From Macrostomum lignano (taxonomy: Eukaryota): a stretch of 64,000 nucleotides of DNA. The stretch lies in NCBI GenBank assembly GCA_002269645.1, contig NIVC01000282.1, forward strand, positions 310,001 to 374,000. Direction: 5' to 3'. Shown piece by piece: positions 48,101 through 60,400 of this stretch. Position 1 is the stretch's first letter. Each line of letters opens with the position of its first letter. Below the pieces are notes generated by a model. The model was not told where the DNA came from. It ran no database searches and was given only the letters and a program-made list of their open reading frames with translations. The position numbers were made by a program, and so were the translations under genes.

Positions 48101-50874
48101 GTTTTGTAAAAATTTCAAATTGTTTTATGTAAAAAACAGAAAGCAGTTTTGCATTAAACAGTTATTATGGACAACTATAATGACTATTATTGATAATATA
48201 ATTTTTTGGTGCACGTCACATACAAAAATACTAAATGTGTATACCAATATCCCAAAATCACTTTTATATGCCAACATGTATGCCCAATTTCTAGAGTATA
48301 CCCTGGAAATTTCTTTTTTTATCTTTTTTCTGACTATGACTGACAAAGCATCATAGAGACACACATACATGCGCAACCTCCAAATTTCGGTCGGCCATGC
48401 GACTTAGTTTTAACAAAAATGCGACGTAGTTTTTGGCCAAAAATGCGACTTACATGTAAAAAAACCCGAAAGCAAAATTAACGCAACTTTGGGTAAACGG
48501 CAGGAGTAACTATGACTGTCTTATAAAGCCAAAATGCCTCGTCAGCTACTTAGTACTACTACTCTGTGTTTTTCGGGTTGGCATTTTTGCGACTTCCTTG
48601 GTTGGCCGCCAAATCGGTCGGCCGGATCGGCCGACTCGGCCGACTGTTGCGCATGTATGGAGACACAATGCATATTTATAGGCCTCAACAGATCAGATAG
48701 CATTCTATTGCAACTATGGTAATAATATGGTTTATATTTAAGTTCAAATTTTCAATATTTTTTAACTGTTCAGATTAAGTATTATAAATATGCTTGGAAT
48801 ATATTTAATGTGCTATGCTGCTCCGATGCCTAGAGGCTTTTGATGGGCATGTGATATGGTAACTTGGCAAGATGGCTACAACTGTAGACTCTACAGTTAT
48901 AGAGTCTTTGCAACTGAGTGTAGAGCTACAAGGGCATCTACACCTGGCAGAATTCATTGTGGTAACTTCCACTAAACTGTATGGCTTGCTGGGCTGGGAC
49001 CTCCTCGATTTTGATGGTCTCTTCCACACAGAATCACCAGCTAGCAACACAGCTGCAGAGCACCTACCCACCATCAGAGGCATCAAGGCCCAAATGGAGT
49101 TGAAAGATGGTGCTCAACCACAATTCTGCCATGCACACCCAGTTCCCTTGGCCCTGGAAGACCAGATCAATGCTGAACTAGACCATCTTCACCAACTAGG
49201 TGTCATTGAACCAATAGAAGGCCCAGTGAGTAATTTTCCCCCATGGTATGGGTGAAAAAGGATGGATCACTATGGATGTGCATAGACTGTAATGTGCATG
49301 TCAACTCAAAGATCAAATAAGATTTGTAGCCTATCTGATCCCACACATGGATACCATGTTCTTGAAACTAAAGAATGCAAGACATTTGCCACTGTTGACC
49401 TGCATTCTGCATATTGGCATATTGAGCTAGACCAGGGGTCGGCTAACTTTTTTCAGTGCGGGCCGAATTGGACGACTGGCTGAGGTGGTGGGCCAAAAAA
49501 ATGCACAACAATGCACACAAAGTAGTACCTTCGTGTCGTGATGCGGCAATTGACTATAACAAACAATTTAGCTGCCAGTACATTTAATTGTAAACTGTAA
49601 GATTGTTCACTTGTTTCATATTTTTGGACTCTAAAAATAGAAAGAAATCGAATTCAATCAAAAATTAATTTAACAAACAATTCTACTAAAGGATAGCCGC
49701 CAATTTTATATGATAGACCAAATACAACCAACAACATCACAATTGAAATTGACACAGTGTTGTGATAGGAATGCCGAGGTGAAAGCTAATTTTGCTTGAA
49801 AAGTTGAATGTTTCAACACAAAATTGGTTCGCAGGCCACTTTTACATTGTTAGATAGTAAGAGTGCTGTGGGCCGGACTTGAAGATGACGCGGGCTGGAT
49901 CTGGCCCGCGGGCCGCAGTTTGCCGACCCCTGAGCTAGACAAAGCAACGAGAGATCTGTCAGTTATCAATACAATACGTCCTGCGGGCTCTATCAAGTAA
50001 ATTGATTGCAAATGGACATGAAAAACGCCTCTTATCTTTCAAAGAACAATGGAGTCCATTCTAGGAAACATAAAGGGTTTACTGATCTATTAGGACAACA
50101 TTCTTGTCTATGCACTAGACAAAACAACCCTAGAAAAGCATCTTGACTTACTGCTATCCGGACACAGCTCACTGAGAAGTGCATGACCATCAACAAGTCA
50201 AAATACATTAGCTATTGTGATTCCATCTCATTCTTAGGCTTTTGGATCTCTGCTGCAGGTATACAGCCCAATGATCGCCTAGTCGAGAAAATTTGTCATG
50301 TGTGTGCACCTGGTATGCTTACATCTTATTTCCTAAGTTAAAATACAACTGTTATCTGCCAAGCTCGATACACAACAATGGCATCGCAAGCAGGACAGTT
50401 TTTTTTAATTTTATGCCAAAAAACATGAATTTTCATTCTGGCATATGCCTGCCATGATCTGGACTATGGTAGACTATAACTAGAGCCGCCATGGACTAGT
50501 CATTTGCTTTGCTTTTGGACAATGTTTGGGTTTGGCCTAGCCTCAATGCCTCATGAATGTTTATAGGCCCCTATCTACAAATACAAGACAGGATATTATG
50601 ATGGACTAATTTATTTCTAGGTTTGGGGGCTAGGCCTAACAATACTCAATAGGACTACAAGACAGGTTATTTTAATTATTATAGACAATCTTGCTTTTTT
50701 GAAATGTAGGCCCCCTAAATACAAAATTGATGCCACAGTTACTAGAAAAAATAGATGCTTAAAGATGCAAGAACAAACACATACATCACCACGAACGAGA
50801 ACGTCAGCAGTTGTGACAGCTTCTATTTCTTCTGTTCCGTTCGTAACAATCACAAGTGCAGTCTTCTTCGACAT
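45188..50874 (-). CDS. PARK7: DJ-1/PARK7 protein (187 aa)
   Basis: Exons 50874-50785, 46712-46290, 45238-45188. MSKKTALVIVTNGTEEIE (conserved Glu), VVLPGG, AAICAA (nucleophile-elbow Cys), TSRGPGTAFEFAL, C-terminus GREKADSLVGPMLLKI*. Confidence 0.96.
45330..46270. repeat. About 27-bp minisatellite (gaagaatcccagatcccaatcagacca)
   Basis: DJ-1 intron 2. Confidence 0.95.
46830..47420. repeat. 24-bp minisatellite containing telomere-like AACCCTAACC
   Basis: DJ-1 intron 1; unit aaaccctaacctaaagtctgaccc. Confidence 0.9.
48364..48659. mobile_element. hAT-like MITE (296 bp)
   Basis: Perfect 14-bp TIR CATACATGCGCAAC and an 8-bp TSD GAGACACA at 48356-48363 and 48660-48667. Confidence 0.85.
48830..50310 (+). 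mobile_element. Decayed Ty3/Gypsy pol fragment (end of protease plus RT) in DJ-1 intron 1, interrupted by a hAT MITE
   Basis: LLGWDLL; PQFCHAHPVPLALEDQINAELDHLHQLGVIEP; KKDGSLWMCID; DLHSAYWHIELD; FQRTMESILGNIKG; degenerate YLDDIL (LDNILVY); SISFLGFWISAAGIQP. Several frameshifts and stops. Confidence 0.85.
49433..49932. mobile_element. hAT-Charlie-like MITE (500 bp)
   Basis: TIR CAGGGGTCGGC(T/A)AACT; subterminal GCGGCCCGCGGGCCAGATCC is typical of Charlie/MER58-type ends. 8-bp TSD AGCTAGAC at 49425-49432 and 49933-49940. Confidence 0.9.
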
Positions 50875-51476
50875 ACTTTTAAATAAGATATTAAATAAAC
50901 CAAAATTCAATGAAGCTTTAAAACTTTTAGAAAATAGTTGAACAGTAAATCGATTGCGCAATGTTGTCAACATAAAAATGCAAGCATAATGCTTAAACTG
51001 TTTTATAGCAGCTTTTTAATAGCGGTCTTGATTGCATTCGTTTCTCGTAAGATTGTTATTTAAATTCTTTAGAAAATTTAACAAACAATTATTTTAGGTA
51101 TAAAGTTAGTAAACAGCTAATATAGTAAAATTAATTAAACAGTTCAAATTTTTTTTAAAAATTGATTAATCCTGTTGTTGGTCAGATTGTTAAATTCTAT
51201 TTCGTCACAGGCTGCTACAGATACTAGCACACATACACACTGCTAGACATAATTCACATAAGTACACATACACATAAGCTGCTACACGTAACCAGGCATG
51301 ATAGCTTAAAAAGTGTATAATTAAAAACACAATTTTAAATTGATGCCTTATACTGCACTGTATACACAAAATGCATGCCATACAATGTATCAGAAGAAAT
51401 TGACGCAAATTAAACCCTCTCTGGTTGACTTTTCAGTTCAACGTAGGATCGAAAACAATATATGGAACGGACATAC

Positions 51477-51555
51477 CTGCACCGGATTCTGGTTTGGAGT
51501 CTGCGCACGTGCGGACCTCGGACAGATATTCAAATCGCCACCAATCAGCTACATG
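51477..51555 (-). promoter_or_regulatory. Candidate DJ-1 promoter and short 5' UTR exon
   Basis: NF-Y-type CCAAT box (ccaccaatcagct, about 51538-51550), E-box CACGTG (about 51506), strong donor CAG|GTATGT at 51476, and an acceptor 1 nt before the DJ-1 ATG. Confidence 0.45.
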
Positions 51556-52063
51556 CAGGTGTTCTGGGCTTCAAAAAAATACTCTGAGGCGCAAGACTCA
51601 GCGCCGATGACCGCGGTGGGCAACTCAAATTTAACTTTAACTGCTCTGATCGTTGTTAACAATTTGATTTCAAGTACATCTCGTGACTCCCAACTTGTAG
51701 TGTGTGACTGGAAAAAACTAAGTTGTACATGTACATGTGATGCGCGCGTCGCCCTCAAATTCGTGTTACATGTACGTGTACTTGTCCGTGCGTTTCGGAC
51801 TTAAGGTTTTTTTGTTGCCGAGAATTAACACATAATTAATATAACCAAGGAATTAAAAAATCTAACTGTTTTTTATTATGGTGTAACAACCCGAAAATGA
51901 CATTTATGGATTTACACGTAATCAGAGCTACCTTCACTTCCATCCATTGCAAAAAATTACTGCTGCATACTTGCTAACGGATTTGCTAACTTCCATATAG
52001 CTAATTTCACAGAAGCACCAACCACAGAACACGGTCATCTCCACTTATAAGTTAAGTGGTACC

Positions 52064-52508
52064 CATGCCGGGGCGTCGCCATGGATTTTATGGGGGGGGG
52101 ACAAAGCCAAGAATTCAACATGTTGTACATATGACTAAATTCCTACATTTCAATTATTTTGAGAATCGTGTTGTCAGCGCTCATTTAGCGCCGCAGGCAC
52201 TCTTTGGCGCCGCAGGCACTCATTTTGGCGCCGCAGGCACTCATTTTGGCGCCGAAGGCATTCCTTTTGGCGCCGTAGTCATTCGTATTGGCGCCGCAGG
52301 CATTCCTTTTGGCGCCACAGGCATTCCTTTTGGCGCCGCAGGCATTCCTTTTGGCGCCGAATGCGCTATATTTTGCGCCCCGAAGAAAAATTGTTGATTC
52401 CACAACGGGTCCCAAAGTGGGGGGACAAGCATTGGCATGTCCCCCCATAGCTTTTACTGGGGGGGGGGACATGTCCCCCCTGTCCCCCCCCCGGTGGCGA
52501 CGCGCTTG
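52064..52508. mobile_element. hAT-like non-autonomous element with internal tandem repeats
   Basis: Imperfect TIR (CATGCCGGGGCGTCGCCA / TGGCGACGCGCTTG) and near-perfect 8-bp TSD GTGGTACC / GTGCTACC. Internal ttttggcgccgcaggcattc repeats at about 52185-52365. Confidence 0.65.
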
Positions 52509-53216
52509 GTGCTACCCAATAATTACAGCTGTACAAATTCACATGATCGAATCCCAAAGATGAAATATCTAACTCTGACACGTACTTACTCGTTTTCCAT
52601 GTAAAATATTTACGAAATTAAGTTTTAGAAAAATATTGTTTTATTATTTTCTTTTACATGTACATAGTACGAGTAAATGTACATGTAAATAGTAGAATTC
52701 ATTATATGATGAAATGACAGGAATATGAATAAGGTGATAAAGTTAACGCGCGTACAAGCTTACATGGTGAATGTGCATTACATGCGCTTACTACATAGTT
52801 TAATTATGACAACTGTACTACTGCTATGTCATGTATACTACAAATGTACTGATGTACAGTGTAAATTGAATTCGTTACAAACTTCATAATAAGAAGAATC
52901 AGGATGAGTTGATAATGTTGAAACGCGCGTTGCAGGCTAGTGTAAAAAATTGTACTCACCATACATGTAAAAGTACATGATATACAATTTAGTACCATGA
53001 AAGCAAGTGGAGCGACCGTGACGGACAAAGTAAAAAATACGCAAGGGACAAAAACAATTGGACTGAAATTATGGAACGCAAAAAACGCGTTCAGAAACTC
53101 TAATGCGTGGATCGGAATGAACTGGAAACCTGCACATGCAGTTGTTTTAATTACAGTCACTCTAGATAGCAATGACGAATTTCTAGACAAAGTCCCAGCT
53201 ATAGCTCGATGCAAAT

Positions 53217-54450
53217 TCACAGCTTGCCACCGCGGCGCTCGGCTCGGTCGTCCTCCCGGTCGGCAGCGGTGATCGCGCGTCGACTGCGACTCGGCTGCTC
53301 GGCCTGGGGACGCTCGAGGGCGTGTCGACGTCGCCTACCGCCGGCTGCCGCGTCGTCGTCGGCGGCCATCAGAGCAGTTGCCCGGCCGTGCCATTCGCGA
53401 TCGAATGAGTCGACTTCGCCTGTTAGAGAATGGAATTGAGGCGCGAAATGTGCTTGTAATGGATTGCTAATCTAACCCATGAGAATTTCATGTAGTTGAG
53501 TAGAATAAGTTGCTGATGTAAACTTACCTTCGCTAATGCCTGAATACCTGTGATCCTCGTGCTGATCGCCGGTGCCCATGTTTCGGCGACGTTCTACCAC
53601 GTGTCCCCTGGCGCCAATGTGCCGGCCATGGGCGGCGCGCTCCTCTTGAGCTCTGGTGTCGCGAACGGCTCGTCTGCAAAGGTATGAAGTTGGAGAACAT
53701 TTCAAGGTTTTTGCTTGTAGCTCTCAGCTAATTTATTCCAGATTGGAGAAAGCAGCTGAGATCTTGCAGAGGCACAGCAGTTAGCGTAAGCTTACCTGGT
53801 CTCGCGGACGCCCCCAGGACCGGATCGAGTCTCGGACATGGCTTGATAAACGTGCGGCTCGCCTTTCTCGCCGTCATATTGGCGCGAGTACACGGACGCG
53901 TGGCTGTACATGTGACCGTCGAAATCGTCGCGCGAGGCCGCCTCCTCCATCTGGCGCATCCGGTCGCCCATGTCGGCCATCATGCGCTGCATGCCGTTCA
54001 TCATCTGCAATATTATAAAGTTATGTTGAAATCTTCTGGACCAAACCGACTGCAATCAAAGAGTTTAATAGTCTGACCAAGTACTGTATATTATAGAAAG
54101 GCCAAGACAAAGAAAAAACAAATCGTAAAAACAAAGAAAAAGTTATCCACAATCCACATGTACGTTTTTAAATGTTTGCTTACCTGGTTGAACTGGCGCT
54201 CAAACGACGCGAAACCCCCAAACATAGACGAATATGGTGACATTGCGAAGTCATCTCCCGCGCCTCGTTCCGGCCTGCGCTCGGCAACTTGACGTTGCTG
54301 GCGGGATCCATGATCGTATCGTTCAAGCTGACGACTTTTGGTCCCTCCATGCTCGTCGTCAAAGGCGGCAGCGTCCGGTCTTTGGCGAACCTGTCGAGTT
54401 GGGTAGTCCTCGCCGGAGCGATAGTCGCGGGCGCCGCGGTCTTCTAGCAT
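53217..54450 (-). CDS. MLF: Myeloid leukemia factor family protein (274 aa)
   Basis: Exons 54450-54184, 54004-53796, 53673-53528, 53419-53217 (phases 0,2,1). The Mlf core VYQAMSETRSGPGGVRETRRAVRD...GRHIGARGHVVERRRNMGTGD...FDREW matches the MLF1/2 consensus. Confidence 0.9.
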
Positions 54451-56944
54451 CGCGTGACCTCGCCGCTGTCGTCTGAATGGCGAGTTTCTGAAAGTTAAAA
54501 CAAAATAAAAAAGAATCAGCAAAAAAGTCAATTTAGAAGTGTCCAGGATACAAAATTTCAAACAATCCCGGATTTTTTGTAGCTTATAAAAGCTTGCATA
54601 TCCGGAAAATCTAAATCAAGGATGTTACAGAAAAAAAACAATTTTCAAAGGCATTTACATTTGTACAGTATAAATAAACAATATAGTTTTTATTTTAAAA
54701 TTACACGTTAACACAGTAGCTGCATTCACTTTAATTAAAATTGGAAGACTACTAAAAATGTTGGAGCCGCTAATCTGAAGTGGTATAACTACTACGTCAC
54801 TTTAAATTTATGTCTTTGTCCATCTGCACGAGAAAAAGATTGGTCATTGAACTTACCCAAAGTCAAAAAATGGATCAGACTCAAACTCTCTGAATGCGCT
54901 GCTAAACATTTTGAAGCTAGCGGATTTTTAATTTGGTAGCGTGCTTATTGCTTTATTGCTTTGAGAAGCTTACAAGAGACAGAGATTCAGCTTGCGTCGT
55001 GTTTGCTTACAGCGGGCATATCTTCGGAGCGGGTTATGCAAAGTGCTTAAATATGCAAACTATTATAGTCCAGAGAAGAAAAGAAATTTCTAGAATATTC
55101 TTTGAAGTAAAAAAATTTACTGAAAGATACTTAATGTGCTATTTTAACGAATAAGTATTTCTGATTTTTTATTATTTAACGTATAAAACTACAGAAAACA
55201 AAAAAGCGTTTTTAATTTGTTATAATGTGCATAGAAAAATTTAAAATGAATATATTCAACGAAATGACCGTACCAAATGTTTAATGCTTGCCACGTGCAC
55301 TATACTATTGCCTAAATCTTTTGAAAAAATACTGTTTCGCTGCTCTACTAGAATATGAAATATTATTAAAATATTTCAATACAAATAGCTGTTTTCGGGA
55401 ATTAATGTCAATTTTTTTGACAAACTTCATTTAAACGAAGATTTTTACATATTTATATGGGTCATTTAAGCATAAGTCCTGGCAAACTACATGTAATTTT
55501 TCTAGTCGTACATGTGCATAAATATGCCTTAGAATGATCCATGGTAAAAAATAAGCATGGCCTTACTTTACAAAACTTAACCTGACACTAAATATATGTT
55601 TTGTAAAATAAATTTGCTTTGGATTATTTTCTCAAATTTAGAACTTGAACTATGTCTACTAAGTATTATTCCTTTTTAGTGAGTTTAAACTGTTTTAAAG
55701 TGATAAAATCTCCTTAAAAGCAGTTAAACTGTTCTGAGTACTATATTCAAACAAAAATATTTACAAAAGAATGGCACTCCTATTGCCATTTAAAATGGCT
55801 TGGTTGAAAAACTTAGCTATACCTATTTCATTGTCTATTTCTGAGAGTTGAAATGCCTAGCTAGAGCAAACTGCTTTCTACAGTCGAATTAGTGCGAAGC
55901 CTATTTGTAGTAAAAACTGATGAGCTTTAATTAATATAATAATCAGAAATAATATTTAAGGAATTCACATAGCTATGTTTATATTCCTGCACTGATATGT
56001 GCTTACCACACTTTGCTTCCACCGTACAATGTGAAATAAGAAATAAATTAAAACACCAGAAATATACGGTACTCGTTTTTAATTACCAATTTTGTACTAC
56101 AGATTACGGAATAAAAGTTTTAGTTTGCTGTAACTGACTTTTGCTAGATAAATTCTTTATTTGAATTTGCTGACTAATACTTAGCTTACTGTACATGTAA
56201 ATTTATAAAAAAATGATTTATACGGGAAGACAGCAGCTTACTGCAATAAATCATCAGGATTAGCATCATTATGGTAAAGCATTGTTGTATTGCACCATTG
56301 GATAATTTGGACAGAAAACACAACCGCTAATTATTGCTGTCAACTAATTGGTCAAAGCAACTAGAGTTAGCTACTAAAAGTAGGATATAGCTAGAATAAA
56401 ATAATAAAAATGGCTATTTGCTGGAACGCACTAGACAATAATAATTAATACTTTACTGCTAAAACAGCAAAAATATCGAACTCACTACTCGCTAATAAAA
56501 ATAGAGTTCAGAGAAACGCAATCTCATATTATTAAGTTGGCGCATGAAACTCTCAGTGGCAAATAGATATGGGATAACATCGATTTAATGCCAGAAGACT
56601 CGGAAGCACAAATTTTAAATTTCTAAACAAACCGGAAACAAAATCAAACTATAAATTTCATAATTAATATATACTATAAAATTTGCTAAAGCGTGCAGTG
56701 CCAACAGATAAAAGAGTTTTCTAAATTGTGACATTTCCTACAATAGCAATAAGGGACCCCAAGAAAAATGTTCAAAATATTGCTGGATGATACAAATCTC
56801 GTTCTGATTGTACCATGTCCATGCGGTTGAAATTGATCCCAAAAGAGCGTCATTAGCAACAGAACTTTCGTTACCATAGATCACTCCGGAAAGCATATAA
56901 TTAATTGATTCCCGGTGTTGATTTTAAATTCTGACCCCAGATTT

Positions 56945-57130
56945 CTGACTTTGTTGGTCACTGGCCTTCACCCTGGCAGAGCTTCTGGACATTCAGCAGG
57001 TGGCAACAGGTGACTATGGACACCATGTTGTGAATTTCTCTAGTTTTGCTTATCAAGCCTCGACAGTGGGCGAACCTTAACTACTGGACACCCTTAACTA
57101 GACTCTCAAGCCAGTGACCAACGAAGTCAG
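56945..57130. repeat. Inverted-repeat (foldback/MITE-like) element
   Basis: 21-bp inverted repeat with 1 mismatch (ctgactttgttggtcactggc ... gccagtgaccaacgaagtcag). No TSD seen. Confidence 0.5.
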
Positions 57131-57456
57131 AGCTGATGCAGACACATGCGGTAGACGTGATGATGAAATTTGGGGCTTGGCAAATGAAATAAGGCTTGGC
57201 TAGGTCGCACTGAGGCGCAGTGCTGATTGGCTCACAGGGTTGTATTAGTGAATACGATACGACTTGATTGCGCTGACGACTTGATTCTTGTTTGAGAAGG
57301 TGCGCAACAAAATGTTTGTCCCTTGGTAGTTCGAAGGGCGGAAAAAATGGCTTGGAATTTCTGCTAATTCCCTAATGTCAAAAGCATGAGCGCTGCAAAT
57401 AAGAGCGCCTCCGTTCCAGGTCTAACATAAATCGTTCACAATGCGTCGTACAACTC

Positions 57457-60400
57457 TCAGCCAAGCGTGATCCAAACTTGATCGTCGCTAACAAAGCTCT
57501 GCTCGGACAGAGTTCTGGGCACCGAGTCGCTCTCGTACACGGACTCGTGCTTAGCCAGAATGCGCAGCAGCGGGCGCAGACGGAGCCACCATTGCGTGTC
57601 GGCGCGGGGCATCCGCAGCTTGAAGTCGGTCACTGGCAGCAGCTCGCTGAGGGGCCGGATGGCCGTGCCGCGCCGCGTGATGCCGATGATGCCGGCCCTG
57701 GCCAGGTGCGAGTCCACCGACAGGCTGTCGATGTCGTCGCCGCAATCGGCTGCGTCTCCGACGACTTCTCCATCTGTGGAGTTCTTGGTAGCCGCCGCAG
57801 TTGCCGCGCTGTGCGCGCGCAGAAACCAATCAGCGCTTTTGACGCCGAACTTTGTGGCCAAGTTGCGGTCGTAGGGCGATGGCGTGCCGCCTGTCGGGGT
57901 TATTTGGGGTCTTTGGCGTCTGGCTGTTTGCCTGCCTGCCTGTCTGTCTGCCTGCCTGGTTTACTGTGTCCTAGTGTCTGTCTGTTTGACCGCCTGCCTG
58001 TCTGTTTTAGTGTCTTAGTGTTGTCTGTCTGCCTATCTGCCTGCCTGCCTGTTTAGTGTGTCTTAGGGTCTGTCTGTCTGACTGCCTGTCTGCCATCTGT
58101 TTTAGTGTGTGTCTTAGTGTCCGTCTGTCTGACTGCCTGCCTGTCTGTTTAGTGTGTCTTAGTGTCCGTCTGTCTGACTGCATGTCTGTCTGTTTTAGTG
58201 TCTTAGTGTCTGTCTGCTTGCCCGGCTGCCTGCCCAGTCGCATTCCAGTTTTATGCTTGGTCAGCTGTGGTCAGAGGATTCAATTCCTTTTCGGTGTCAT
58301 TAAAACACGCTATTTACATGTAAAGTGAATATAATAAAGATAACAAATAAAATTTTTGCTGTGTTTTGTTCGTGTAGATTAGCTCTTTTTTAACTGACGC
58401 GCAATAGTCAACAGCCTCTTCACTCAGTCAAACTATACTGTTTTGCATTGGTCTAGACAGGGTCTGGGGGTAATTCCACATTGACTCAACTATTTCCAGT
58501 TGTCTCCAACAAACACTGGGTTAGCTGTCAAAACTAGCATTAGCAAAGTTCAGGGTCCAGCGATTTACTAGGCGTCAACTCAACAGAGGCTTATGCAGAC
58601 ACGCAGTGAATTGTGGAGGTTTGGGTCTTATCGAAGTTTCTGCACTGCAAGTTTAATTTGCTGACCTCTCTATGAACTCGCCAAATAAAATTTGTTGACT
58701 AGCTGTTCGGTCGTATTGCACTGCGTAGGACAGCCAGTAATGAGTGGCACAGTTAGCAGTTGCTGCTTTTATCTCGTATTTCTGATTAAAGCATGATTTG
58801 TTGCAGCCTTTAATCTGCTGCTTACCGAATTTTTTATCTGATGTTTTCTGCTCCCTGTTCAGGGTAATCGGAAGATCTCTGAAAGATGGCTATGGGATTG
58901 TTCAGGGGTGGCCATGGGAACCTTTAGGCTAGCCATGGGATACTTCAGGCTAGCCATGGGATCCTTCAGGGACCAGGGTGGCCATGTGATCCTTCAGACT
59001 AGCCATGGGATCCCTCAGGCTAGCCATGGGATCCTTCAGGGTAGCCATGTGATCCTTCAGGGTAGCTATGTGATCCTTCAGGGTGGCCATGGGATCCTTC
59101 AGGGTAGCCATGGGATATAGTTTTTTTATCCTTCAGGGTGGCCATAGGATCTTTCAGGGTGGCCATTGATCCTTTAGGGTGGCCATGGATCCTTCAGGGT
59201 GGCCATGGGATCTTTGGTGTGGCCATGAGATCTTTCAGGGTGGCCATGGGATCCTTCAGGAGTGGCTATGGCATTCTATGGTTGGCCATGAGATTGTTCA
59301 GATGTTAATTAATGAACAAAGAGGTGTGTTAGGTAATGTGTCAATAGCACAGAGGCGCGGCTCCACTCACCCTGCTGCATGTGTCCCAGCACATTGGATC
59401 GGCAGTCAAACACGCCTTTGCCCTCCTCTTTGAACACCCGATAGACAAAGTCGGTGCTGTAATTCTCATTGGCATTCTCGTTGCGCAGAATCAGTCCAAT
59501 CTGCTGGGCGCTGCCGTCGGCCATTTTCTTTTTAAGATGCCGGACATCGTCGAGCAGCACGGAGAGGTCGAATTTGTCCTCGGTGATGTAGGCGGCGTCA
59601 GCTCCGCCGGCCAGTCCGGCCAGGGTGGCCAAATAGCCGCAGTTGCCGCCCATGGTTTCCACAACAAACACCCGACGCTGGGTGCCAACGGCCGACTGTT
59701 TGAGCTTGTCGATTATTTGAGCAATCTCGTTCAGAGCGGTGTCGGCCCCGATTGAAAAGTCCGTGCCAGGCACATTGTTGGAGATGGTGCAGGGCGCCAG
59801 CAGCAGGGGTATGCCGAAGACCGGGTAGGTCAAACGGCTCTCGTGCAGCTGCACCATGGAGGTGTAGGCTTCGAATCCGCCGATTAGTAGGATGCCGCTT
59901 AGGTTGCCGACTTTGGCTAGCGCGTCGGAGATCTGATTGGCCATTGAAAGTCGGAAAATCAGCCGTTCAGAGTCAGGCAATGAGCCGTTGAAAGTCAGAG
60001 AGCTGCTGACAGTCAAGAAATGAGCCGTTGAGAGTCAGACAGTGAGTTGCTGACAGTCAAGAAATGAGCCGTTGAGAGTCAGACAGAGAGTTGCTGACAG
60101 TCAAGAAACGAGCCGTTGAGAGTCAGACAGAGAGCTGCTGACAGTCAAGAAACGAGCCGTTGAGAGTCAGACAGAGAGTTGCTGACAGTCAAGAAACGAG
60201 CCGTTAAGAGTCAGACAAAGAGCTGCTGACAGTCAAGAAATGAGCCGTTGAGAGTCAGACAGAGAGCTGCTGACAGTCAAGAAACGAGCCGTTGAGAGTC
60301 AGACAGAGAGCTGCTGACAGTCAAGAAATGAGCCGTTGAGAGTCAGACAGAGAGCTGCTGACAGTCAAGAAATGAGCCGTTGAGACTGAGAGTCAGACAG

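Noticed and set aside
57457-57861. Apparent separate small gene
   Set aside because: It is the last PFK exon ([14 protein letters not shown]...[14 protein letters not shown]).
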